DNA of 64,000 bases from Octopus bimaculoides (taxonomy: Eukaryota): NCBI RefSeq assembly GCF_001194135.2, contig NC_068981.1, positions 172,276,507-172,340,506 on the forward strand, read 5' to 3'. Below are positions 24,805-37,297 of this stretch, one piece after another. Numbering within the stretch: position 1 is the stretch's first letter; each line of letters begins with the position of its first letter. A program made the position numbers and the translations under genes. The notes under the pieces were generated by a model. That model did no database searches. It saw only the letters and a program-made list of their open reading frames with translations, and was not told where the DNA came from.

Positions 24805-26080
24805 TTGGATGAGGACAACTGTATAAAGAAGTGTCACTCAATGTGGATGGAACTTATGGAAAACTGAGACTCAAGAAGACATTGGACAAAGTGGTGAAGT
24901 CTAATCTGAAGACCTTTAATCTAATAGAAGAGATGACAAAGGAATGGGTTGACTGGCTATTTGCTATTCTTGAGAACCACTGAGAAACTGAGATTTTGGA
25001 ATTTGGGAAATACTCTTTGTGTGTGTATAAATGCACAAGTGCCTCTGCCTAAATTTCTCCCTCAAGACATTCCCAGCACCTATCACCTCTCTAACAGCAC
25101 TACTCTACTATTGTAATTAGATGTGGGCAGAACTGCATACATCAGCTTTTTCTTGATATCATTTAACCCCACTGTACCCCACCCCTCTTAGTACCCAATA
25201 ACATTTTACTATTATCCATCTTTCATTCTTAATACCATCCTTTCTACTCACATTTTACCACCGTACGTCTCCCCCACTCCATTATTCATTATGTTTGCCC
25301 CACATTCTTACAACATACATCATTTCCTTCTCTCTCTTTCACTCTACCTCTTTCTTTTCTTGTCTACTGTATCATCATCATTATTATTATTATCACTTTT
25401 CTGTTGCTTTTTGCCACCCCTTTTCTGCAGTCAGTCATCTCCTCTCCTCTATCTCCCCTCAACTCGTGCATCATCGGTAACCCCTTATCTCTCCCTCAAC
25501 CTTACCCAATTTCTACAGTTGTCACCTCCTCTTCCCTCCTTATCTCTCAACATTTGTTCATGATATTCACCCTCTCACCCATTCCCTATTTCTAACTGTC
25601 TCTCACTCTCAATCTCTACCCACCCACTTTTCCTGTTCTCCTATTCTCACTTCTACTTACCTCATATCTTAAGGGTCCACTCTGACATCTCATCACCACT
25701 TTTATGTCTTTTCAATTCTACCCTAACCATTCCCACTCTCTCTCCTATAATGTGAATAATTGTGTTGCTCCCCTACAACAAGAAACTTGTTCTGTTCTTC
25801 CTCCTTCTCTCACTTTAACCCCTCTTACCATTGTATAAAGTCTCCTCCCTCACACCCCACTCTTGCAGACTACATGGCAATTTCACTGGTGCTGGTTCCA
25901 TGAAAAAAGTACCCAGTGCACATTGTAAAGTGGTTGGCATTAGGAAGGGCATCCAGTCATAGAAACCATTCCAAAGTAAACATTGGAACACAATGCAGTC
26001 CTTGGACTGGTTGATTCTGACAAACCATCCAACCCATGCCATCCTGAAAAATGGACATTAAAGGATGGTGGCTATGAAAG
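24805..26080 (+). mobile_element. RTE LINE 3' end: ORF C-terminus, pyrimidine-rich spacer and shared tail
   Basis: 24805-24983 reads LDEDNCIKKCHS/NVDGTYGKLRLKKTLDKVVKSNLKTFNLIEEMTKE..W.FAILE. The CT-rich tract at ~25030-25860 is followed by the tail AGTGGTTGGCATTAGGAAGGGCATCCAG...CCAACCCATGCC...GGACATTAAAGGATG. That all three parts form one element is inferred. Confidence 0.6.
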
Positions 26081-29000
26081 CCATCTCACTATGGAGACAG
26101 TCTTCAAATATTAGTGTTATATGATATTCATGGTAGGCTGAATGCTATTCATCATTAGATAGGAAATTAGATGTCTGGTTTCAATCCTAACAATGTAATC
26201 TGTATATATTATATATCCCAACTAACATTTACAATATATTGTTTTTGTTGATATTCATATTTGTGGGTAAGATATTTAAGTTCAATGCTAGAATGTCAGA
26301 GAAACAAGTAATCTTGCAGTTTATTAATATACTTAACATTGTGTCTTGCCTGAACTAATGATAAAAGCACAATATGTCAAGCAGAAGCTTCCTCAGTGTC
26401 TATTTTGCTACTGACATCCATTGAGTATCAGCAAATTAAAACTGGTGAACCATAAAAATGTTATATTAAAGCAACTTAATTCTTTTTAAAAATTATACAT
26501 CATGAAACTTTAACTTTATGTAATATCTACATCATTTGCCTTTGGTTTTTGAGATTTCTATTTATTTTCATTGAAATTATTTAGATTGTTGAAGGAATGC
26601 ACATTATAACTTATGAAATAAACATTAAGTTGTCATCTGTATCCTTTAATTAAACCTTAACCATATTTATGTGTAAAATAATATATAGTTTTCGTGAAAC
26701 ATTGTCTGACATATAGTTTTTATGATGTGTTGTTTGATATATATATAAATGAAAAATGTTTTAAATATTTTTTTAAGCCTAAATAATACAAGATATAAAA
26801 AATTACTAATGCAGGTCAATGGTTAGTACTATTACATGATATTTCAACTTTTCAGGATTAGAACATTTGACCTGCATTATGAATTTTTGTAACTTGCATT
26901 GTTTAAGCTTTAAAAAGAATATTTAAAACGTATATAGTGTGTATGAAGAGAGACAGTCCTCAAGGTCTTTGCAATGCTCTCTCAGACTTGTATAATCGAT
27001 GCAACTGTTGTTCACGCTGAATATCTGCTGGAAAAACAGTCAAATGAAACTGGGTCTAATATGAATGTTCGCAGTAGAGTGAACTAAAGGACTAGGTGTG
27101 GTGTTAAAGCAAGTAACGTGTGACCAAGAAAACTTGTCTACTACAGATTAATAAATAGACATAACAATAGCAACGACAAGAGAGTCATTGCTCTTATTTT
27201 ATCACATCTGAAAGGTGTGGTTTTTACTCCCCTAACATTTTTTAAAATTGAGTTCATTATTGAATGGGATAGTTCAATAGATGTTCTCAACCCTTAACAA
27301 CTGAATCTAAAGTGAAATGTATTTATGAATAGCATTTGTTATCTTCAATACCCTTATAATAGATTTATATATATATATATATATATATATGATTTCTTTT
27401 CATTCATTGATTCATTCTAAATTGATCTAAATGTTGATATAGCTACCCACTAAATGTTGTCAAATAATCCACCTGTACAGATTATGTATCTAATATAGTC
27501 TGTGTCTATATTTTCTGATCTTACATATTATTAACTTTGTTGTTATGCTGCTATATTCATGGCTCTCTTAAAATATATCAGGTTTTCCTCTACCTTGGTT
27601 ACCACACCCAATAAGAAATCCCCTACTACCTGTTCTCATCATTATTTTCATCTTTTCTTTCACTAGACATACATTCTACAACAGGGCCCCCTTCTACTTG
27701 ATGTTACTCATTTCTAAATCCTCTCAACTTACCTGCTTAAACTATTTGTTTCTTATATCAGGCCGGTCATATTTATTTCCTTTTGTTCTAGATACAAGTT
27801 TACTACTTCCAATGCAATAGCGTTATACTTTTTGGAGAAAATAGTAATGCTACAATGTAGCTATTGTTTTCCATTACTTCTGGCAGAAAGTGTGTCTCAA
27901 TAAGTATTATTTATTAACAGTGCAGGTTAATACAACACCTTATATGGACAATTATAAAATAAACATATTTGTTTTACCATTAAATGGTTCTTTAGTTTCT
28001 TTGGTTTCTGTCAGAGAAATCAAATTTTTCACATAGAATTCTATTAACAAAAATACTATTTGATTGTTGATTGATGAATATTGAAGATACTCCTCTAAAG
28101 CAGCTTACTCAGGTTCTCTTTTTTGCTTAATCTTGAATACATACTTACTTTTTGAGCATTTGAGTTCATACCCATATAAGTATAGTGTATCAACTGAAGA
28201 ACACAAATGAGGTTGTTAAAAATAATAGTTACAAATTGTTTTTGTACAGCTCTCTGGTAAAGTCACAGGATATCATTATTATTAAGTTTTGTTAATTTGT
28301 AGTTTATGACTAGCAAAATTTAATTCAGATAAATATGGAAAACTGGGCATCTAACTATTGATAAGAGCTATACTTCATTAACTCTCCAGTTTTCAGTTAT
28401 AAAGGAAATACAGTTAAAATTTAGTGTATTATAAGTTAATATATGTTGAATGTCAGTCTTTTAATTTTTTATTAGATATACTTGTTTTTTATGCTTTGTG
28501 TACTATCTGGAAGATAGTATACAATCATTATCATGCATAATACTTATTTGGTAATACAATATATTAAGTTAATGCTATTAACAAACTCCCACAAACAACC
28601 ACAATTATATTTACACAGTCATTGTTTGAAAGTATGTTGGCTACAAACCTTGCATTTATCTCTAATCACTTGATTAGAGCTAGAATTATACCATGCAATT
28701 AAGTTAAATAGTGAAACTTATTTTGCATCCAAATTATTTGTACAATATAAACTTAATCTCAAATTTTCTGAGTTTATTATGAATTATTTTTAGATATACC
28801 AAGTATAACTACATATTTTTGATTGGATTATGGGAGTTTTCCTCTTGGATTTCAGTACTTTATGATACTGCTTGTTATGTTACAAAAAGAATACCGTATA
28901 TATAAGAAGCCACAGGTGCAACCATGTGGTTAAGAAATTTGCTTTGCAAATTCTGGGTTTGGTTCTATTCTGCAGCACCTTTGCCAAATGTCTTCTATTG

Positions 29001-29381
29001 CTGTAACCTTGGGTTGAGCAATGCCTCATGAATAGAATTTAGTGAATGGAAGGAAACCTGTCATTTGCATGTATATGTGTAGAATGTGTGCATCTGTTTG
29101 GGTGCATCTGTTTGGGTACACCAATATAAATAAGTTGCATCCCTTCATGTAAAAAAACAGTTTAGTCATTCAATAATAAATAGATAGCAACAAAATGTCA
29201 GTCTGAAGTAAGTACTAGGATTGGTATGATCAAATAAAATCCTTGAAGTTGTTGCTCTAGCATGGTCTTAGTCCAAATACTGAAACCAGTAGTAGAAAAC
29301 AATGGAATACTTGCCTTCTTTCATTGAAAATACAGTTTGTGATAATTTTAAAAAATCAGAATTAACTGAATAAGAGTATTT

Positions 29382-29665
29382 TATTTACATTATTTACAAT
29401 TGACAGATATTTGTCCTCATCTTGTTTGCTGTTAACACGTTTCAGCTGATATACCCTCCAGCCTTCATCAGGTGTCTTGAGGAAATTTCGAACCTGGGTT
29501 CTCGTTCCTAAGGTATTTTTCAATGTTATTAGGTCACTGCCTGGAATCGAACTTGGAATCTGGGGTTAGTAGCCCTCGTTCTTAACCACTACGCCATATG
29601 CCCATGACACCTGATGAAAGCTGTAAATAATGTACATAATTCCTCATCTCTTAAATATAGAACTG
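29382..29665 (-). mobile_element. Non-autonomous retroelement: tRNA-like head + hammerhead-like core, with an inverted partial copy
   Basis: Minus strand: A box TGGCGTAGTGG (29596-29586), B box GTTCGATTCC (29552-29543), CTGATGA (29471-29465), GAAAC (29443-29439). Plus-strand partial copy GACACCTGATGAAAGCTG|TAAATAATGTACATAA... at 29606-29665. Confidence 0.75.
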
Positions 29666-30236
29666 AACGAGAGTAGTTAGATTGCTGACTGCATGGTTTG
29701 AATTCAAACTTTTTCAGGGTAATTATGTTGTGGTTTTATTCAGAGTATTGGTGAAATGAGATCTGAGAGTACAAGTCTCATATATCAGTTAAAGCTAGAT
29801 TAGATAAATGGAAATATACTCAAAATAGAGAATAAATCATACCAGCATAGTGTGGATTAGTCAGGTGTTAATATTATGAATATTATGATTAGGAAGAAAT
29901 GAATTTATATAACCAATTACGAAAAGATTTTTGCTGGACACATATGTAAAATATATAAAATGGCAATCAGTAAGACATTGAACCACAAGCACATGGGCCA
30001 TTAGTTTTATTTGTCTGTTACAATAATTTTATTTCTGTTTCTGGGTTGTACACATATTTTATATGGCTTAGATCATTTAACTGCAGGAAATAAAGACTGG
30101 TCATATGAAACTGTTGTCTACAATAAACTGACAACCTAACCATACTTAGATTTATTACACACTAAATATTTCTCAATGTAAAAGTAAAATATAGATCCTA
30201 TGGTATTTAGAGTTGTTAATTTTATTATTTGTTGAC

Positions 30237-31080
30237 TCATCATTATCTTCAATTTATGTCCATTTCTTCTGCACTTAGGTTGGATGAGTCCTCTCCCTCT
30301 CAGCATCCCACTGCTTGTTGCAGTCTCTCATCATTTCTTTGTTGAGGTTCAACCTTTCCAGATCAGCCTTCATCACTTCCTATATTTTCCAGTATTTCCC
30401 TTCTCTAGTATTTCCCTTCCACTTTAATTGTTTGGTACTGCTTTACCCAACTCTCATCTTCTATATGCATTGCATGTCCATGTCAGCTCAGTTTCCACTC
30501 TTGCACACTACAGGCAAATCCTCTTATGCTCAGTTTTTCTCTCCACTCATTTACATCTTGTCATTTATTCACACTAACATCACACATCTAACAGAGCATG
30601 CTTATTTCATTTCTTTCCAGTTTTTACACATCCTCTGCACTAGTACCCATGTTTCACTACCATACAATATTGCACTTCATACAAAAGCATCATTCGATTT
30701 GCCATTCATCCAGAGAATTCCTATGATACCAACAGAGAGAGTAATAAACTTACTCCAGTCACTATGTTTGCAGAACATCCACTTCCACTGCTGGTTAGAT
30801 GATCTAGGTGACAGAAAATTGTCAACTAGACTCCTAGGGAGCTTTTACACAGTTGAGAGAGTTCATTTCATTGGTGCTTTTACTACTAGCTATACTTATA
30901 AATCTGTGCTATGTAAAGTGTTTCTCTGTCAACTTGCTTGTGCACCCATAGTTTACATTGGGTACACCCTATGAAATTCATACCTACACCTTTACTACAA
31001 GTTGGGCATAATAGATTTAGCTATAAGAACTAAATCAATGGTACAGAAAAGTTCTCACACATATCCAGTCCTAGGCATGG
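30237..31080 (-). mobile_element. RTE-clade LINE 3' fragment with a PHD-like Cys/His motif
   Basis: CPTCSKGVGMNFIGCTQCKLWVHK (31008-30937), SAILYGSETW (30676-30647), EVMKADLERLNLNKEMMRD near 30380-30330, and tail CCAACC...GGACATAAATTGAAGATAATGA at ~30237. Confidence 0.8.
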
Positions 31081-31749
31081 TTTGAAAACCTCTTTATTAC
31101 TGTTTTATATATATTGCTGTTTGCTAATATTTTAATACACTCTATAAAATGGTTAACACTTGGAAGGACATTCCACTATAAAAGCCATGCCACAAATGGA
31201 ACATACAAATGAGATGTGAACTTCGATCAATCTAGAAAGGCAGTAACCATGAATAAGAACTGACTCAGACTGTAACAACCTGTCCAGCCAAAGGCAGAAT
31301 GTCAAATGGTTGTGAAATGATACTGATGAGAGTGGTAGAATTGGTTGAGTAACAAATAAAATCATGCATTACAGCTTTTTACATTCTGTATTCAATTTCT
31401 ACCAGGGCTGACTTTGTTTTTCCTTATGAATTAATTAAATAAAATACTGTGGTCCTTGTAATTGACTTCTTCCAAATTTTGTGGCTTTGTGACAATGTGA
31501 AAAATCAGTATTATTGAGAAGATGAAAATGAGGAAAGTTCCACAGGAAGTAATTTCAATTCTATTAAACCACCATTGTATATTTGATTGGCTACTTGGAT
31601 ACTTAGTGTGATGGTCTGAACTAATTAGGAATATTAAACAACAAAGACATTATGTATTAAAAGATGATTTTAGACATTCCAGACTTATAAAAATATCTAT
31701 AAAATTTATATTGTATTGTTCCTACTATTACTACTTCTTACTAGTTCTT

Positions 31750-31784
<35 letters not shown>

Positions 31785-32138
31785 GTATATCATTAAAAAC
31801 ATTCATCTGCCTAATAAGCAAACTTTCTTTGGTTCTTCCTTTGCTAATATTATGATCTCCAATCTTCCAGACTTGCCAGCTCTCCAGGACTCTAACTTTC
31901 AACCTGCCTAATGTACCTGCCTTTTCTCCTCCTTCCGGAACCCTTATTAGATGCTTTTTCCCATTCTTTTTCTAATTGCATCCCTCTGAAACTCCTTTAT
32001 CTGTATTTTGCCTCTGATTACTAACATACAGGAGTTCTTAGTTAAACAAACCCTGAAAGGGTTATGATCATTGTCTCCTGTGACTGACTAACAAAAATGT
32101 TATTCAGATTACCCTCATTTATTTAGATGAAATGTGTT

Positions 32139-32146
<8 letters not shown>

Positions 32147-32195
<49 letters not shown>
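32147..32195. repeat. (TA)n microsatellite running into the gap
   Basis: Direct reading. Confidence 0.98.
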
Positions 32196-32425
32196 NNNNN
32201 NNNNNNNNNNNNNNNNNNNNNNNNNNNNNNNNNNNNNNNNNNNNNNNNNNNNNNNNNNNNNNNNNNNNNNNNNNNNNNNNNNNNNNNNNNNNNNNNNNNN
32301 NNNNNNNNNNNNNNNNNNNNNNNNNNNNNNNNNNNNNNNNNNNNNNNNNNNNNNNNNNNNNNNNNNNNNNNNNNNNNNNNNNNNNNNNNNNNNNNNNNNN
32401 NNNNNNNNNNNNNNNNNNNNNNNNN
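32196..32425. other. Assembly gap (230 N)
   Basis: N run between a (TA)n tract and a young SINE. Further 10-N gaps at 9524-9533, 10137-10146, 10278-10287, 22586-22595 and 49698-49707. Confidence 0.99.
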
Positions 32426-32604
32426 AGCTGGATGCCCTTCCTAACGCCAACCACTCAGAGAGTGTAGTGGGTGCTTTTACGTGTCACCCGCACGAAAATG
32501 GCCACGCTCGAAATGGTGTCTTTTATGTGCCACCCGCACAAGAGCCAGTCCAGGGGCACTGGCAACGATCTCGCTCGAAAACCCTACAAAGGCCAGTTAG
32601 GCGG
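32426..32604 (-). mobile_element. Young SINE-like copy, same family as 23540-23846 (tail end lost in the gap)
   Basis: Only a few differences from 23671-23846 over ~180 bp. Confidence 0.85.
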
Positions 32605-33079
32605 TATATATATATATATGTCTGTACGTATTGTCGTCGTCGTTTAACGTCCGCTTTCCATGCTAGCATATATATATATATATATATATATCCATGGTTG
32701 TTAAGAGCTCAATTAGTAATAGGCTGCTTAACTCCAACATGTTCTAACATTGCAGTAAACCTAAGTGGGTAAAGCTTGCATATATATATATACAATTGGC
32801 TTGAAATAACCCTTAAGAGCAACATACATTCAGGATAAAAAGCAGAAAAGCATAAATTTCATAGATAGACCATAATTTAATTACATTCAATAGCTGTATT
32901 GACAGGAATAAACATCATTAATTCTCTAATTACTTAATTATGATACATAACTAATTAATATCAATTAATTTAAATAAGATTAATTTAAAGCAATGTTTAT
33001 CCTAAATCATGAAAAATATTATGGGCTATGCCAATCATAAACTGTTGCTGATTTAAATACAAATGAGACAGAGAGAATC

Positions 33080-33114
<35 letters not shown>

Positions 33115-34312
33115 AGCACATATACACATGCACACACACAAGCATAATCTGTTATATTCCTGATGATTCGTGATAATACTTTAAATTAATCTACATTATC
33201 TATTAGGTAAGTATAAACTTAATATTTATTCCTAATGAAACAGCTATTGAAAGTCATTAAATTATAATCATTCTATGAAATTTATGCTTTTCGGATATTT
33301 TTTCTATATCATTTTCATTATTTAACATCCTTATTCCATGCTGGAATGGGTTAGACTACACATGCAATCTCGGTACTTTCATCTGTTTGATGTCCGGTTG
33401 TCATCAAGTGTCCTATTTATAAATGTGTTCAAAGAATTGAGGAGACAAATATCAAACCACTTGAAACTTATTGTAAATATTGAAAAATATTTCATGTGTA
33501 AAAGATGAAGCTGGTAATCTGAAAATTTAAAATCTTAATTTATCTCAGACAGACATTTAACAAAAAATTCCTTAGTCTAATTTACTTGATTACATTTAAT
33601 ATTGGTCTGTGATCAATTAATGTTCTTCCAAGTATATTTCATTGTTAAATATCTTAGCTAGATGTCTGTAACGCTGGAAAGTTTAGCATAAAATGAAGCC
33701 TATTCATATAGAACATGAAATCTCTATAGAGATTTTAAAGAATTTTAATGTAGTTGGTAATTTAGAAATTAGGATTGCTTAATATTTAGGAAAGAATTTG
33801 CATAAGTTTTTTTTTTTTTTTTTCTGGCTGTCAACCTTCAAAATTAATGTTTTCTCTCTTTCTCTGTAAATGGTATGACTACTAAACAGATATACTTATA
33901 ATATTTTGCTCTTTCTAAGAATGTCAGTCACTGGACTGCAACCATGCTGAAGTACCACCATCAAGAAATTAGTTGATCATATCAATCCCAATACTTATTT
34001 TATCAATCTCTTCCATAACATAGTTTTATTGAACAGCTATGTTATGGAACAAAAACTGCTGATTTTTAGCTTGGTGTAAAAATTAGCATAAACACAGAGG
34101 CTTCTGCATAGTCTCTGTCTACCAAATTCTATTCATAAGGTATTGGTCAACTTGAGGCTGTTGTAGAAGACACTGTGCAGTGACAAGAGCTAGGTGAATG
34201 TGATGTGAACATTTTAACAACACCACTATGCCTGTATCTTTGATGAAAATTCAAGTTAAATATCAATCTCTCAGTGGCTTAGCTAAACATAAAAAGCACA
34301 GCATAATACATA

Positions 34313-35049
34313 TTCTATATACTCATGTAAAAGTCGAATTTTTTAGACCATTTTTTAATGTCAAATTTATGGGGTCAACTATTACATGGGTACTACTTTT
34401 GAGGGGCTGAGATTCAAGCTAGAATCCGAAGTACCGTATCAGCAGCAGAAGCCCAACTGATCTCTAAGTGAATAAAAACAAAAACAATAAATTACAGTAA
34501 TATTACCAATTCTATGCATCAAAACACACATCCTAGTAAAATATAATGGTCACATGAGAACCACTGATCTAGCAATTAATTTAATGGTTTTAGGCTTACC
34601 AAAGTCATGCCTTTGTAGGAATTCACACAGTGGCATTTGCCAGTGTTCACCAATAGTGCTGTCTGTGAAACTCGTTTCTCACCATGTAAACAAGTGTATG
34701 ATGCATGTGTTTATTGTGCTTCAAGATGTATGCAGGATGGCAGCATTTCCTGTGCATACATTTTAGTAATGATGATAAAGCACCCATCAACAGATGTACA
34801 GTGCTCGCTATTAAATGGTATTTTACTATAAGCACCAAGTAGGCTACAGCAAAGTAGCTACACAATTTGGTAACAGTGTTATTTCTACATACAGGATAAT
34901 ACAGTACCTTGACCCACAAATGTTGTCCTGTTGTTCGTGAAACACTAGGGTTGACTTTTATATGGGGTCTATGGAAAATTCCCAATTTTTTGGCCAAAAA
35001 TAGGGAGTCGACTTTTACATGAGATCAACTATTACTCGAGTATATACAA
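34313..35049. mobile_element. Non-autonomous Tc1/mariner-superfamily element of pogo/Tc2 type (737 bp)
   Basis: Ends TTCTATATACTCATGTAAAAGTCGA and TCGACTTTTACATGAG...CTCGAGTATATACAA, TA flanks (34311-12, 35050-51), and repeated GTCGACT(T/A)TTAC-like subterminal motifs. Confidence 0.75.
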
Positions 35050-37297
35050 TATATAAAGTTCTGCTCCTAAAATGTCTCCTGCAATGGACCACTCTTCCTG
35101 CCATGCTAGTGCAATTTGTTGGTTTCTAGCCATAAAAAGCCATGATATATTTAACATTTGGAGCTACCCAATTGAAAAGAATAAAAGATACATTTTATTG
35201 AATTAAATTTCTGTAGATAATGCTTTCCTAGAATCATCAATAACTGGAACTTCACAATTTGTAATAAATATGAATTCTTCTGATATTCACTTGGGGAAGC
35301 AGAAGGAACCTATAATCTATTGGAGATTTTATGATAAATGCTATCAGCAACCTACTGTCACTAGTTCACCAGAATGTTATCTAAGTGTAAAAACTAACAA
35401 TTACCAGTATCTGTTACTTACTGCTTTATTTTCAATTGTTCATACTTCAGTTCCACTTCATTGTCTACTCAATGAAAAATGCAAAAAATCTGTACCTTGA
35501 GTTAAAAAGAAAAACTTTCTAATACAAATATTTCTTTCAATGTTATACTTCAGTTTTTATCATATACATATAGTTATAGTATGTATCAGTCTGCTGTTCA
35601 AAATATATTATCAGAACAGTGTATTGAGCATATAATTATTATAGAAGCCTATTACTGCACATTTGTTGTCAAGAAACTTTTAGTGTTGATTTCAACTGCA
35701 CAAATTAAACCTAGTCAGTTATCAAAACTTTATATTTCTTTAAAATTTTCCAGTGTTGGTTATTTCAGCCTTGAAATTATAACCTAGAAAGAAATTAAGA
35801 TTTAATATAAAGATGTGAATATCAAAGTTTAGAAGTGTAATTACATTTATGTATCACGGAAATATTTCAACTAAAACAATTTTACACAGATAATATGAAA
35901 TATTGTAAGAAACTAGAGGCTACTTTATCTGAATGCAAAAGCATCACTGCTTCATAGGTATGAAAGCTGTAAATTATGCGTCAAATGAGATTTTAGTTAG
36001 ATTTTACCTAAGATACTATTTAACTAGATTCATTTAAGCAATTCCATTTTCAAAATCCTTAAGAAATAGTATTTTTCTAGCACAACATTTACCATCTCTA
36101 CTTTCTTCCTTTCATCAAGTCAACAAATGACACCTGGTAATTTCGCTGGCAAGTGTGATGCATTTGTCATGGAATTTTCACAGGAGAGTATGAAAGTGAT
36201 TTCCCTGTTGCATTCCTTTGGGCACAACACTAACAATTCTACCTGAGTGAAATTAAAGAGCTAAAAGGCTTTTTTCTGATATACCATCAATTTTGCCATT
36301 TCCAATTCACCATTCCCATCTACATAGTAAGGTATCAATAAGCAAGGTAATAAAGGCAAGGACTAGAACCTTAATGTGTGTTAGAATATGGCTAATTTCT
36401 AACCTAAATAATCCACTTATTAATCCTAATCCTTGATCTTTATCATTATTAAATGTTGCAAAAGTAATTGTAGCAAAAAAAGTGTCAGGGGAAAAGAATC
36501 TGCAAGAGATTAAGCACTACACTGTGAAGAAGATGGTGAAAACAGTAAATATTAGCAATAAGTATTGACAGCATGTAGTATGTAGTTCTAGTGTTTTAAA
36601 GACTTTGTTTTAGAATCTTTTCAGAGGATATTCGTTACCTTTGTATATTTCATAGAGATAGACTTCTCAGCCAACTCTCTATTCAGCTTTCATCAGCTTG
36701 CATTCTCTCTCTCTCTCTCTTTGGTGGAGTAAGTGTAAACGCTAGCTATATTACTTTGCTTAGTGTCTGACATATAAATAGCTTGTTACCTTACAAAACA
36801 AAATATAAGACAGTTATAGAATTGTACATGATCAACGTGCTTGTTAGAACCATATTTTCTTGTTAGTGTGTTTCTTACATTTACAAAATTAAAGATATTT
36901 TGCCTCAAAGCAGCAGCTAAGTTGGTGCTTATGTGCTTGTAGTTGTAACTAACTCCTACTTACATAAACAGCCTTTACTCAACCTGCCCTTGGATAGGTG
37001 GGTTTAAATTTATATTCAAATGTATGATTTTTGGTTATATGTCTTATTTCATCAAAATTAATTTCTTTATATATCACAATTTATCATGTGGTTGAGTTGA
37101 ATGTGTCCATATTTCCTTTAAATCATAGTTCATTTAAAGCGATTTGTCTATAAGAATTATCTTAAATTGTTTGTCTTGTAATACAGTTCATCTTCAACAA
37201 TTTGTCTAAATATAGTTTGTCTGAAAATTGAAATGAAAACATTTTACACAGAAACAAAATAAACCGATGGAGGCGTGGCAGAGGCTGCTGTTGTTAA

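Noticed and set aside
29532-29603. tRNA gene (ACT anticodon-like loop)
   Set aside because: The acceptor stem does not pair and it is fused to a retroelement body; it is a tRNA-derived SINE head.
30315-30974. Longest ORF in the track (219 aa, + strand)
   Set aside because: It is the antisense shadow of the minus-strand RTE relic and has no recognisable domain.
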